Below are positions 9,531 through 20,463 of a stretch of 64,000 nt of DNA, one piece after another; within the stretch, counting starts at the first letter, position 1; each line of letters starts with the position of its first letter. The notes under the pieces were generated by a model. It was not told where the DNA came from. It did no database searches and saw only the letters and a program-made list of their open reading frames with translations. The position numbers and the translations under genes were made by a program. Location of the stretch: positions 896,001 through 960,000 of the forward strand of contig JASGHJ010000001.1 in assembly GCA_047602405.1 (NCBI GenBank), in the 5' to 3' direction. This stretch comes from Anaeromyxobacteraceae bacterium (GTDB taxonomy: Bacteria; Myxococcota; Myxococcia; Myxococcales; Anaeromyxobacteraceae).

Positions 9531-10856
9531 ATGCGCTGGCTGTCGTTCGGCATGCTCCACGCGAGCGAGCACGTGGGCGGGACGGAGGTCTTCGTCCATC
9601 GCCTCGACCGCGCGCTCCTGCGCAACGGGGTGGAGCCACACGCGGCCTTCCACAGCCGCAGCCCGGGCCGCCGCCAGTTCGAGGGCGTCCCGTGCATTGG
9701 AGTTCCTCTCCCCGCACCCGCGCGCTCACGCCTGGATCACTGGGCGTGCACGCCACCCCACCTCGGCTGGTGGGAGGCTCTCCTGGACGAGGTGCGGCCT
9801 GACGTCGTCCACGTGCACGCCACCTTGCAGGTGAACCCCCCGGAGCTCCTGCAGGCTGCCCGCGCTCGGGGCGCGCGCACCGTCTGGACGTTCCACGCCG
9901 CGGGGCAGACCTGCCTGCAGACGGCGTTGCAGCGAGACGGGGTCGTTCCGTGCGATGGCGAGGTCCTGCCGGGGCGCTGCACGCGCTGTGGGCTCGTCTG
10001 GTCCGGCGTGCCCGGGCCGCTGGCGTCCATCTTCGGCGCGCTCGATCTCCACGCCCTCGCGCCCGCCGTCCCGCCTTCGTTCCGCCACCCCTTTGAGCGC
10101 CGCTACGGGACGGAACTCTTCCAGGCTCGGCTTGCCGAGGCCTTCGACGCGCTCGATGTGGTTACGGTGCACGCGCGCTGGGCCGAGCAGCTGCTCCTCG
10201 CGAACGGCCTGCCCGCCTCCAAGGTCCACCGACTATCGCTGCCACCACCGCACGCTATCGATCCCGTCCCCGACTCACGCCCGTGGGAAGGGCTGCCGGG
10301 TAGGGTGCGCGTGCTTTACGTGGGCAGGCTGCAAGACATCAAGGGGCCGCACGTGCTCCTCGAGGCGCTGCGTGGGCCGCTCGCCGGCGTGGGTGACCTC
10401 GCCGTAGCGTTCCTGGCGGCCCCGGGTGAGCTCGATTACGGGGAGCGCTTCGCCCGCGGGGTAGCCGCGGAGCCGCGCGCGCGCCTGCTGCTCGGCTCGG
10501 GAGTGGAGCCGCTGCGCGCGATGGCCGCCGCGGACGTCGTCGTGGTCCCGTCGCTGTGCCTCGAGACAGGGCCCTTCACGGTGCTGGAGGCGCGCTGGTC
10601 GGGGGCGACCGTTGTCGGGTCTGCCCTCGGTGGGATCGCCGAGCAGCTCGCCGATGCGGCGGAGGCGCGGACCTTCGCGCCCGGAGACACCCACTCCCTC
10701 GCCGCCGTCCTGGCGGAGCTGAGCTCGGCTTCTCCGCGCCGGCCCGATCCCACACCGCTTCGGAGCGCGGTCTCTACCCGCTTCGAGGCGGAGCTGCTGA
10801 GGCTCGTCAGCCGGCTGTCGTCGCCTCCGGCGGCAGAGAGGCCCGCAGACACGTGA
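9531..10856 (+). CDS. GT4 glycosyltransferase with Cys-rich insert
   Basis: GGTEVF; C-x12-C-x8-C-x2-C; YVGRLQDIKG; ETGPFTVLEA. Confidence 0.88.
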   Translation: MRWLSFGMLHASEHVGGTEVFVHRLDRALLRNGVEPHAAFHSRSPGRRQFEGVPCIGVPLPAPARSRLDHWACTPPHLGWWEALLDEVRPDVVHVHATLQVNPPELLQAARARGARTVWTFHAAGQTCLQTALQRDGVVPCDGEVLPGRCTRCGLVWSGVPGPLASIFGALDLHALAPAVPPSFRHPFERRYGTELFQARLAEAFDALDVVTVHARWAEQLLLANGLPASKVHRLSLPPPHAIDPVPDSRPWEGLPGRVRVLYVGRLQDIKGPHVLLEALRGPLAGVGDLAVAFLAAPGELDYGERFARGVAAEPRARLLLGSGVEPLRAMAAADVVVVPSLCLETGPFTVLEARWSGATVVGSALGGIAEQLADAAEARTFAPGDTHSLAAVLAELSSASPRRPDPTPLRSAVSTRFEAELLRLVSRLSSPPAAERPADT

Positions 10857-10970
10857 TGACCCGGTCGCGCGCCTTGAGCGCGGGCCGCTCCAACATACAG
10901 CTCGGGCGAGCACGAGCCCGTCGAGCGACCGAATCCGGGGGCCGCTTAGCCTAGCCCTCGGACGGCAATA

Positions 10971-13193
10971 TCATGCGGCGCTGCCGCGAGGAGCCTGCTG
11001 CGAGGCCTTGGGGCCGCCGTCCTCGTAGTAGCCGTACTTGTAATAGTAGGCATACGAGTCGTAGCGGTGGTCGGCGAGGTTCAGGTCGTTCAGGATCGCG
11101 CCGACGAGGTGCGCGTTGACGTCGCGCAACTGGCGCACCGCGTGGCGAGCCATGTCGATCGAAGTCGCGCCGGCGCGGAGGACGAACACCGTACCGTGCG
11201 CGTAGGTCCCGAGCACGAGTGCGTCGGCGACCACACCGACCGGCGGCGAGTCGATGATCACCCGATCGAAGCCGTCTGCCATCTCGTCAATGATCCGCTT
11301 GAACGCCTTCGCGTGCAGGAGCTCGGAGGGGTTCGGCGGTACCGGGCCCGAGGTGAGCACCTTCAGGTTGGGGATCGGCGTGGAACGCACGAGCTCCGAG
11401 AGCGTGCCTTCGCCAAGCGTGAGCGAGGAAAGGCCGGCGCTGTTCGAATGACCGAAGATGCGGTGCATACGCGGGCGTCGCATGTCGGCATCCACGAGCA
11501 GCACCTGGTTGCCGCTCATCGCCATCGTGATAGCGAGCGCGGTCGCGGCAGTGGTCTTGCCCTCCTGCGGGCCCGCCGAGGTGACCACGATGGTCTTTAG
11601 CGGCTTCTCCGGCATCATGAAGAGGATGTTGGTCCGGATGGTCCTGAGGCACTCGGCCGCGACGGACTTGGGCTGCGCGAAGACCTCGAGGTCTCGGGCG
11701 ACGAGCCCGTCCTTGCTTCCCTCGATGCGGGGGTAGATGCCCAGGAACGCGAGCTTCAGGCGCTCCTCGATGGGCTCCTGGCTACGGACGGTGCGATCGA
11801 GGAACTCGGCGCCGAATGCGACTCCGATGCCGCCGATCAAGCCCACGAGCAACGTGACGAGCAGGTTCTGCGGGACGTTCGGCCGGATCGGCCCGCCCTT
11901 CGGCCGGGCGCGGTCGAGCACGCGCACATTGGACAGGCGCAGCATGCTCGAGACGCTCGTGTCCTTGATGCGCTTCAGGAGCAGCTCGAAGATGCGCTCG
12001 TTGTTGTCGTAGGAGCGCTTGAGCTCGAGGTACTCGCGCTCGTACTGGTTGAGACCGAAAGACTCGTCTTTCGTCTGCTGGAGGAGCCGCTCCAGGTTCT
12101 GCTCCTCGAGCCGGGCCTGCTCCGTGTCGCGCCTCACGACGAGCTGTGAGGCGCGGACCTCGCTGTCGAGCGCGGCCTTCGAGGCGGCGAGCTTCTCGTT
12201 GCACGCCGCGAGCGCCGGGTGGCCTGCAAGGTACCTCACCCTGAGATCAGTGCAGCGGAGCTGCTCGTCAAGATAGCGAGTCTTGAGAGCATCCACTGCC
12301 TCCCCCGGCTTCACAGGCACCACCGTTTCATCCTTCTTGAGTCCCCCAGACGCCAATTCTTCTGCAACGAACTGGAGTGCCTTGTTACGAGCCTCAAGCC
12401 CAGCCCTCTTGATCCTGGCCTGCGTCAGCGCGTCGTTGATGGAGGTGAGCCGCTGGGTAACCATGCTCTGCCGGTCCTCCCAGCGAGTCGACACGATGTC
12501 GTGCTCGCGCTTGAAGGCGAAGAGTTGCTTCGAGCTCTCGTCGAGCCTGCGCTGGGCCTCCTCGAGCTGGCCCTCCAGCCACTCCGATGCGCTCGCGTTG
12601 GTCGCGGTGCGCGCGGCCTGGTTCTCGGCGATGTAGGCGTCGGCGAAGGCGTTCGCGATGAGGGAAGCGAGTTCGGGGTCCGACTCCTCGAAGCGGATGC
12701 GGACGATGCGGGATTCCTTGATGGGCTCGACCTTCAGGCGGTTCAGGAGCACACCCGCGACATCCCGCTTCTGCCGGCTCTCCTCCCGCTTCGCCTCGTC
12801 GGCGACCTTCTCGAGCCCCATGAACTTGTCGTTCTGCCGGAGGCCCAGACGATCCGCGACGCGCTGAGCCACTGCGCGGCTGGCGATGACGCGGTACTGC
12901 GTTTCGGAGTATTCGCGCGTCGACCAGTAGTTCGAACCTGCGCCTGCCTCGGCGATTTCTGTTATCTGATCCTTCTCGAGCACACGCGGCGCCTGCACAT
13001 CGATGATGATCGTGCACGTAGCGTCATAGACCTTGGGTTGCCGAAGGGTCTGTACCGTCCCGATGGCGAGGACCGAGAGGAAGAAGGCAGCGGTCAGCCA
13101 GCGGCGGCGCCGCACCACCCTCCAGATGTTGTCGAGGTTGAGGACCTCGGACATCGAGGCCGAGGACTCGCGGGTCGCGTTCTGCTGCTCCAT
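10971..13193 (-). CDS. wzc: Wzc-type polysaccharide co-polymerase / BY tyrosine kinase fusion
   Basis: Two TM segments around a coiled-coil region; Walker A SAGPQEGKT; DADMRRP; IIDSPP; C-terminal Tyr cluster RYDSYAYYYKYGYYE. Confidence 0.93.
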   Translation of the reverse strand: MEQQNATRESSASMSEVLNLDNIWRVVRRRRWLTAAFFLSVLAIGTVQTLRQPKVYDATCTIIIDVQAPRVLEKDQITEIAEAGAGSNYWSTREYSETQYRVIASRAVAQRVADRLGLRQNDKFMGLEKVADEAKREESRQKRDVAGVLLNRLKVEPIKESRIVRIRFEESDPELASLIANAFADAYIAENQAARTATNASASEWLEGQLEEAQRRLDESSKQLFAFKREHDIVSTRWEDRQSMVTQRLTSINDALTQARIKRAGLEARNKALQFVAEELASGGLKKDETVVPVKPGEAVDALKTRYLDEQLRCTDLRVRYLAGHPALAACNEKLAASKAALDSEVRASQLVVRRDTEQARLEEQNLERLLQQTKDESFGLNQYEREYLELKRSYDNNERIFELLLKRIKDTSVSSMLRLSNVRVLDRARPKGGPIRPNVPQNLLVTLLVGLIGGIGVAFGAEFLDRTVRSQEPIEERLKLAFLGIYPRIEGSKDGLVARDLEVFAQPKSVAAECLRTIRTNILFMMPEKPLKTIVVTSAGPQEGKTTAATALAITMAMSGNQVLLVDADMRRPRMHRIFGHSNSAGLSSLTLGEGTLSELVRSTPIPNLKVLTSGPVPPNPSELLHAKAFKRIIDEMADGFDRVIIDSPPVGVVADALVLGTYAHGTVFVLRAGATSIDMARHAVRQLRDVNAHLVGAILNDLNLADHRYDSYAYYYKYGYYEDGGPKASQQAPRGSAA

Positions 13194-13384
13194 CCTGGTC
13201 AGGCCCTCGCGGTCTGTGCGCCCCGTCCCCAATCGGCACGCGCTGGAGGTCAATTCTTACGGCGACTGGCGGGATGAAGTCGAGCGAGCGTCAGCCGATT
13301 TCGCGACGGGCTGGGAGAAGCCGCCAATCTGTGGTTCTTTGATAGGGCGTGCGGAGGCGCAGGGCCAGCCGCTGGAGCGACCGC

Positions 13385-15797
13385 GTGCCAGGGTGGCTGC
13401 TCGCCGCCCTGGTGGTTGCCGCTCCACTCGTTCGCGGAGGCGTGGACCTCTGGGTCGTCACGGCGTTCGCCGTCGCTGCGTTGGGCGCTGCGCTGTCGCG
13501 CGGACACGCGCACTATCCCGCCACCGCCGTCGCGATGCTCCTAGCGGTGCTCGTCGCGCTTCTCCAACTCGCGCCGCTGCCGCCCTGGCTCCACTTCTTC
13601 TCTCCCGGCGCCCGCTCGGTCTTTCAAGCGGCGCTGCAACCGCTCGGGCTGTACCCGAGCTGGCGGCCGCTCTCGCTCGCCCCCGGCGAGGGCCTGAGAA
13701 CCCTGCCGCACGCGCTAGCGCTCCTAGCGACGTTCATCGCCGCCCGCTCCGTAGCCGAACACGGCGCCGACCGGCGCAGGCTCGCCCTCTCGGTCGCGCT
13801 CGCTGGCGTCGGTACCGCGGCTGCGGTCGTGTTCCTCGCGCTCACCGGTGCCACCTCGTTCGTCGAGCCGCACCTCCCCTTCGTAAACCCGAACCACCTC
13901 GCCGCGCTCACCGGGTTCGCGGCGATCACCGCCGCAGGCGTTGCGGCGGGAGAGGCCGGAACGGGGCGGCTACCCTGGCTCGCCGGGGCGGCGCTCGCGG
14001 CAGTGGTCACGCTTCTCACGCTGTCCCGCTCTGGCTTCATGGCACTCCTCGGCGGTGCCGTGGTCCTGCTCGTCCTGGACCGGCGCGCCCGCAGCGAAGG
14101 CATCGAGGAGCGCACCACCGCGGACCGCGGGTGGCCCGCCCGACTGGCTCCCGCAGTGACGGGCGTGGCGGCCGTCGTGATTGCGGTGGCCGTGCTCGCG
14201 TACGAGCCCGTCACTGGTGAGGTCCGCTCCATCGGCGCGTTCTCGGCGGAGGCGAAGCCGAGGCTCTGGCTGACCGGGCTCGGCATGCTGTGGCCCTTCG
14301 CGCTGCTCGGGATGGGCCGGGGCGCCTTCGCGACGGTGTCGAGCGCGCACTGGCTCGAGCCCGCACCCTACACGTACACGCACGTCGAGAACACGTGGCT
14401 GCAGCTCCTGCTCGACCTCGGCATCCCTACTGGAGGGCTGCTCATCGCCGCGCTCGCGTGGACGTGGCTCTCGGCCGCCCGTGACGCAAAGCGCGGCTCC
14501 TCCGATGTCGCCCTGCTTGCGGGCCTGGCGGCTCTGTTCGTGCACGACCTCGCCGACTTTTCGCTCGAGACCCTCGGCGTTGGGATTCCCGCCGCGGCGG
14601 CGCTGGGGCTCCTCTCGCGGAAGGTCCCCAGCTACCGCGTGCCACCCTGGGCGTTCCACCTCGTGGGAGTCGTCGCGCTCGCCGGAGCACTCACCGCCTC
14701 GGTGGCGTACTCGCGAATCGTTGCGCCTGCTCAAGCAGCCGTCCTGCCCGGCGCGGCCGCGCCGGATCCGCGCGTCGCGGGCGCGCGGGCCCTTTGGTAC
14801 GCGCCTTCCGACTACGTGGTCGCGGCGAACGTGGGCGCCTCCTTAGAGGCTCAGGGCCACTGCGCACAGGCTATGCCTTGGCTCTCGTCGGCGACCTTCC
14901 TCGACCCAAGTGCGCCCGAGCCGCACCTTCTTCTCGCAAGGTGCCTGAAGGCTGGCGGGAAGCTCGAGTTGGCCAGGCAGGAGACGGTTCTCACCATCGC
15001 TCTGGGTGATCCTCGAGGCTACCAAGAGGCCATCGAGACCTGGGCGGAACTTGCCGATCTGGTTCGCGCCGTGCCAGCCACGCCGGATCACCTCCTCGCC
15101 CTTGGCGAACGTCTCGGCTTCTCTCGACCCGATGACGCGGCCCATGTGCTTCGAACGGTTCTGGACGAGTATCTCGATGATCGGGCCCTTCTGCCGCTCG
15201 CCCAGGTGGAGCTCATGCGCAAACAGCCTGACGCAGCGCTCGAGCTGGCGAGACGTGCCCAGAGGTCGCGTACGCCGTCGAAGGAGGCTTGGCGACTTGC
15301 CTATTCGGCTCTCGTTACGCAGGGCAACGCAGACGGAGCAGATGAAGAGCTCCCGGGCCGGCGCGATGCGCTTTCCTGGCAGCGCCCTCCTGCTGTCTCC
15401 CCTCGTAGAGCGTGCCCTGACATTTCAGCACTACGCCGAGGCCCGGCGGTTGGCCGAGGAGATCGCACCTGGCTCTTCCGGTGAGGCATCCGGCAAGTAC
15501 CTCCTCCTCGCGCGCGTCTACGCCGCCCAGGGCCGGTTCGCCGAGGCCCTCCAGGAGGACCGCGCGGCCGCCGCGGCCATGCCGGACTCGGCGACGCCCC
15601 TCCTGCAGCTCGCCACGCACGCCCAGAGCGCCGGCCACTTTGGCGACGCCGTCGCAGCGCTCGAGCAGGCCTGCCCGTTGCCCGGGGTCGACAGGGCTGG
15701 ATGTGAGCGGCAGCTCCTCCGCGCACGCGAGCTCGAGAAGGCCGACGAAGAGGCCGCCCGGCAGAAGGCGATAGACCGGCTCGTGGAGCCACGTTGA
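13385..15797 (+). CDS. O-antigen ligase (Wzy_C)-family membrane protein with C-terminal TPRs; +1 frameshift at ~15352
   Basis: PFVNPNHLA, TLSRSG, GMGRGAF, THVENTWLQ, HDLADFSL, then TPR-like helices. Removing one C from CCC 15352-15354 joins ORFs 13349..15484 and 15006..15797 (about 803 aa). Confidence 0.8.
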
Positions 15798-16951
15798 CGG
15801 CGCATGGATCCGAGCCGTTGCGCTGGGTCGTGCTCTACACCGGCGCGCGTATGGGCTACGCGGTCCCCGCGATGCTGGCTCGGCGCGGGCTCCTCGAGCG
15901 CTTCTACACGGACGCGCACGCGCCGACGTGGCTGCCGGCGTCCCTCGCGTCCCTTCCCCTTCTGCCGCGCGGAGTCTCGCGGCTGCTCGGGCGGAGGCTC
16001 CCTCCGGAGCTCGAGGGCAAGGTCGCGTCGGTACCCCTCGCCGCGCGCGACGAGGAGCGCCTCCGCGCCCGGGTCCTCGCCGACGGGTTCGGCGAGGCGG
16101 GCGGCCTTTACACGCTGACCGCCGCGGACCTGCCGGTCGTCCGCGCAGCGAAGGAGCGCGGGCTGCGCGTGGTCCACGAGCAGATCATCGCCCCGCACGT
16201 GGGCCGCGAGGTCCGGTCCGAGCGCCTCGCCTATCCAGGCCTCGAGCCGCTCGTCCCCGAGGCCGAGATAGAGGCGGGCATCGCGCGCGACATCGAGCAG
16301 TGGCGGCTCGCGGACGTGGTGCTGGCGCCCTCCGAGCACGTGCGCGAAGAAGTCGCGTCGCACGGGATCCCGCCCGACCGGCTCCGCGTCGTGCCGTACG
16401 GCGTTCCGGAGGCCTGGCTCGAGACCACGCCCACGCCCGAGCCCGGCCGCCTCCTCTTCGTCGGCTCGGTCGTGCTGCGGAAGGGCGTGCAGCACCTCGC
16501 GGCCGCGAGCCGGCTCCTACGCTCGCGCGGCCTCGGGCACCGCGCCCGCGTGGTCGGGCCTGTGGGCGTGGCGCACCGGGCGCACCCGGCGCTCGCCGGG
16601 GTGGAGCTCGTCGGCCAGGTCCCGCGCGCCCGCGTGCGCGAAGAGTTCCTGATGGGCGACATCTTCGTGTTTCCGACGCTCGCCGAGGGCTGCGCGCTCG
16701 TGCACCTCGAGGCCCTCGCGTGCGGCCTACCGGTCGTCACGACGCCAGCGTGCGGCTCGGTCGTGCGCGACGGAGTCGAGGGCTTCATCGTCCCGCCGCG
16801 GGACCCCGAGGCGCTCGCGGAGCGCGTGGCGAAGCTCCTCGGCGACCGAGACCTTCGCGCGCGCATGTCCGCCGCCGCGCGGGCCCGGGCGCGGGAATTC
16901 ACCTGGGCCGGGTACGGCGATCGTTTGTTCGCCGCGCTCCCGGAAGCCTGA
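15794..16951 (+). CDS. GT4 glycosyltransferase (paralogue of 6865..8139)
   Basis: GARMGYAVP; HEQIIAPHVGR; FVGSVVLRKG; EGCALVHLEA. Confidence 0.9.
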   Translation: MTAHGSEPLRWVVLYTGARMGYAVPAMLARRGLLERFYTDAHAPTWLPASLASLPLLPRGVSRLLGRRLPPELEGKVASVPLAARDEERLRARVLADGFGEAGGLYTLTAADLPVVRAAKERGLRVVHEQIIAPHVGREVRSERLAYPGLEPLVPEAEIEAGIARDIEQWRLADVVLAPSEHVREEVASHGIPPDRLRVVPYGVPEAWLETTPTPEPGRLLFVGSVVLRKGVQHLAAASRLLRSRGLGHRARVVGPVGVAHRAHPALAGVELVGQVPRARVREEFLMGDIFVFPTLAEGCALVHLEALACGLPVVTTPACGSVVRDGVEGFIVPPRDPEALAERVAKLLGDRDLRARMSAAARARAREFTWAGYGDRLFAALPEA

Positions 16952-16966
16952 GGTGGGCGGCGGGGC

Positions 16967-18409
16967 TCACGCGCCGGGGAGACGCGCGCGCCAGGTCAGC
17001 TTCAGTTCCGTCGGAAGCGTTCTGAGTGCCCACACAGCCATGCCCACGGCCAGCGACGCTGATGCCGACCAGCCCAGCAGCGGGACGTACGTTTGGAGTC
17101 GGGCGGACACGAGCGCTCCCGCCAACGCCAGGGTAGGAATCCAAAGGGCTCGCGCGCTGGCTTCGAGTACTCCAGCCATCCGGAAGAGCAGCACGGCGTC
17201 GACCGACACTCGAAGCGCCCACGCGACGGCGGCCCCCGTGACTCCCCAGAGCCGGAGCGCAATGGCCAAGGTAGCGAGGTAGCAGGGCAATTCGATGAGG
17301 TGCATTCTCGCGATGCGATCCGGTCGGCCTTTCGCCAGCAGCGCCGAGTGAGCGAGCATCGCCATCCCGTTGAACCAGACCCCGACGAAGAGGACCTGAG
17401 CTGCCGCAGTGGCCTTCGCGGCGAATTCGGGACCGATCCAGAACCCGAGGAACGTTCCGGCTAGGGTAATGCCTAGGACCACCGCTGGCGTCATCACGCT
17501 GGCCACTGCTTTGACGGACTTGTCCATCAGCGTGGCCCTCCGCTCCACCCCCTCGCTCGCCAGCCGAGGCATGAGTGCCCCGGACAGGCTCGCCGGCAGC
17601 ATGAGCGTGCGCGACGTCAGGCCCTGCGGAACACCGTAGTAGGTGACCGCCTCCGTGCCCGAGATGTTTCCAATCACGAGCCTGTCGAGGCTCGTCATGA
17701 GCGGGCCAACAATTGAGCTGACGGTGATCCAGCCGCCATAGCTGAGCAGGCGCTTCGCGGAGCCGAGATCGAAACCGGCGAGATTCCTTAACGGCACTGC
17801 GTTCCTGCACAGCAGAAATCCGAGAAGGCTCGTCACCACACGCGAGGAGAGAGCGGCCGGAATGAGCCACGCGAGCGAGGTGCTGTACCGCCAGGCCACG
17901 AGCAAGGGAGCGCCCTGCGCCACCACCTGGCCAAGAGTCGAGACGATGGCGGCTGCTCCAAAGGCTTCCCGCCCCTGCAGCGCGCCGGAGAAGACGGACC
18001 CGACCATGCTGAGGGGCAGCGCCAGGGCGATCCATGGCAGCGCGGCCAGGCTCTCCGACCGAAGCGCGGCGTCCATCGAAACTACGCTGCCGAGGACGAC
18101 ATGCGCGACCACGAACAGGATGAGCGCGGCCGCCACGCCCATGGCCGCGTTCATGACGAGGGCTGTCCAGACCAGTCGACCGCGTTCTTCGGGGGTCCCT
18201 GACCGGAGGATCGCCATTCTCTGCGACGTCGCCTGTCCCACACCGAGGTCGAACAGTGCGAAGTACCCCAGCAGGACCCACGCGATCAGCAGGACTCCAT
18301 AGCGTGCCTCTCCGATCATCCTGAGGAGCGGCGGGACGGCAGCGAGCGATACCGCGACGGAGATAACCTGGCCCGTCAGGTTTAGGGCCGTATTGCGGCG
18401 AAGGCTCAT
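16967..18409 (-). CDS. wzx: Wzx-type polysaccharide flippase
   Basis: Starts MSLRRNTALNLTGQ; GYFALFDLGVG; LSYGGWITVS; LDRLVIG; about 12-14 hydrophobic segments. Confidence 0.9.
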   Translation of the reverse strand: MSLRRNTALNLTGQVISVAVSLAAVPPLLRMIGEARYGVLLIAWVLLGYFALFDLGVGQATSQRMAILRSGTPEERGRLVWTALVMNAAMGVAAALILFVVAHVVLGSVVSMDAALRSESLAALPWIALALPLSMVGSVFSGALQGREAFGAAAIVSTLGQVVAQGAPLLVAWRYSTSLAWLIPAALSSRVVTSLLGFLLCRNAVPLRNLAGFDLGSAKRLLSYGGWITVSSIVGPLMTSLDRLVIGNISGTEAVTYYGVPQGLTSRTLMLPASLSGALMPRLASEGVERRATLMDKSVKAVASVMTPAVVLGITLAGTFLGFWIGPEFAAKATAAAQVLFVGVWFNGMAMLAHSALLAKGRPDRIARMHLIELPCYLATLAIALRLWGVTGAAVAWALRVSVDAVLLFRMAGVLEASARALWIPTLALAGALVSARLQTYVPLLGWSASASLAVGMAVWALRTLPTELKLTWRARLPGA

Positions 18410-19419
18410 CTGAACGCCTTTGATGGAAGCGCCGCCGCCCCCACCCGCAGCAGATCCTTGAGCCCGGCACGCCAGCCCAGGCCGCCGCGGCGGTGAGAGG
18501 TGTACGCGCCCCCGAGGATCATCGCCGCGACCCGACCCGCTCGTAGACTGCCTGGAGACGTTCGCGAGCAGAGCAGTGCCCGGCCGTACAACCATTTTGC
18601 CTGCCGTCGATACATTTCGGCTGCTTCTCGCACGTCCCTGGGCTCGCAGATACTCGCTGAACTGGAGTTTCGCTCCAGGTAGTCCGCGATGCGGGTGATC
18701 GTTTCTGCTTGATGTCTGAACTGGTCCTCGAACCTCGAGTCGGTGAGCTCCTCGTTCAGTGGCGGCCTTTCAGTGAACTGCGATGTGTTAGCGTCGTGGC
18801 GCCGGTAGAGCGCGAGCACGTCGGGGACGTAGGCAACGACGCCCAGCGTGCTGGCGAGAACGAACACCCAGCGGTCGTGCGTCTCGATCGGGCGATCTCG
18901 CACAGGCATCTCTCGAACCAGGCGACCGTCGAACGTGGCCGTGAAACCGAGAGGGGGCAGCCAGATTCGCTCCCGCCTGGGCTTCACCAACCTCAGTCGA
19001 TTGAATCGAGGCACCTGCAACAGCTTGCCCGTGGGGCGCAGCGCCGCATCGACGATCTCGGCGCGATGAGCGACGTAGAGGGTAGCGGGGTGCATCCCCT
19101 GGATCCGAGCCACCACCTCCAGCTTCCTCGGTAACCACACGTCATCCTGATCCGCGAAAGCGATCCAGGGTTCTCGACAGAGCGACGCGGCCTTGAAGAA
19201 GTTCTCGGACGGGCCCAGGCGCTGTTCGTTCCGGACGACCCGCACTGGAAATGGTGCGCTGCTCGCGAACTCCTCCAGAATCGCAAGGGTACGATCGGTC
19301 GAGCCGTCATCTGTCACCACGAGTTCCGCCGGCGGGGCGGTCTGAGCGCGGAAGGACTCGAGCTGCTCCGCCAGGAAGCGTTGGCCGTTGTAGGTCGCAA
19401 GCGCGATAGAGACCCTCAC
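18406..19419 (-). CDS. GT2 glycosyltransferase
   Basis: SIALATYNG; DDGSTD; FADQDDVW; HDRW. Confidence 0.92.
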   Translation of the reverse strand: MRVSIALATYNGQRFLAEQLESFRAQTAPPAELVVTDDGSTDRTLAILEEFASSAPFPVRVVRNEQRLGPSENFFKAASLCREPWIAFADQDDVWLPRKLEVVARIQGMHPATLYVAHRAEIVDAALRPTGKLLQVPRFNRLRLVKPRRERIWLPPLGFTATFDGRLVREMPVRDRPIETHDRWVFVLASTLGVVAYVPDVLALYRRHDANTSQFTERPPLNEELTDSRFEDQFRHQAETITRIADYLERNSSSASICEPRDVREAAEMYRRQAKWLYGRALLCSRTSPGSLRAGRVAAMILGGAYTSHRRGGLGWRAGLKDLLRVGAAALPSKAFR

Positions 19420-20450
19420 GGACTCTTCTCCGCGACGACGGCCAGCTCTTCACCGCGGCTGCGCACGAGCAGTGCCTCTGCCTCGAGCATCACGAGTTCG
19501 CGCTCGGAGCAGGCCGGGCCCCTTCCCGCCGCGGCGACTCCGGCACGGTGCATCCAGCGGGTTGAGGGATAAGGAGTCACCCAACGCAGCCTCGTAAAGC
19601 CCGACTCCTTCAGCAGCCTCGTGAGGCTCCTCCGGGTGAAGAGCACCACGTGCCTGGGAGGTTCGAGTCCCCGCCAGGATGACCCCATTCGCCGATGAAG
19701 TGGGCTCTCAAGGTTCGGGGTTGCCATCCAGAGCCGGCCCCCTGGCGTCAGAAGCTGCCTCGCCCTGGCGAGAGTCTCCCCGGGCCGGTGCAGGTGCTCG
19801 ACCACATGGGCCATCGTGATCGCGTCGAAGCTCCCGACGGGGAAGGCTCCACTCTCGAGTGGACCTTCCGTGATTTTGAACCCACGGGCACGTGCCTGGA
19901 CCGAGGCCGCGCAATCCACTTCTTGCCCTTCGGCCTGCCACCCAAGCGACGCAGCTTGGGTGAGAAAGGCTCCCGATCCACACCCAACGTCCAAGAGACG
20001 GGCGCCAACCCTTGGCAGCTCAAGGTTTCTCACCGACCAATCGAACGCGACTCGATGCCGTGGGAAGACCAACGGCACGAGCCAGCGGGCTACCGGTAGC
20101 CCGCTGTCCAGTGGAAATCCGTACCGCTCGACGAGGTAGCCTCTTCGCAGCGCAGCCTTCAGCTTCCCCACCAGGGTGGACGACTCGGGGGGCGGCGCGA
20201 ACGATGGGACCTCCTCGTGCGTGTAGTAAGAGCGGTACGCTGCGGCGATCGTCTTCTCTGTAGGGCGCGGATCGAGGTAGGCCGCTCCGCAGCCGGCGCA
20301 CCGGACGAGCGCCCACAGGCCCGGCGCCCCGAAAAGCGTGTCCCTCAGCCCCTCGTAGAGTGGCAGCCTTTTTGGCGAGGCGCACACCGGGCATCGCGGA
20401 ACCGCCTCGAGCTCGAGCCTGTCCAGAGAAGCTGTCGTCTCCTCGATCAT
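19416..20450 (-). CDS. Class I SAM methyltransferase with N-terminal Zn ribbon
   Basis: CPVC...CAGC; LLDVGCGSG; HVVEHL; PPRHVVLF. Confidence 0.88.
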   Translation of the reverse strand: MIEETTASLDRLELEAVPRCPVCASPKRLPLYEGLRDTLFGAPGLWALVRCAGCGAAYLDPRPTEKTIAAAYRSYYTHEEVPSFAPPPESSTLVGKLKAALRRGYLVERYGFPLDSGLPVARWLVPLVFPRHRVAFDWSVRNLELPRVGARLLDVGCGSGAFLTQAASLGWQAEGQEVDCAASVQARARGFKITEGPLESGAFPVGSFDAITMAHVVEHLHRPGETLARARQLLTPGGRLWMATPNLESPLHRRMGSSWRGLEPPRHVVLFTRRSLTRLLKESGFTRLRWVTPYPSTRWMHRAGVAAAGRGPACSERELVMLEAEALLVRSRGEELAVVAEKSP

Positions 20451-20463
20451 TCGTCGGCGCGCC

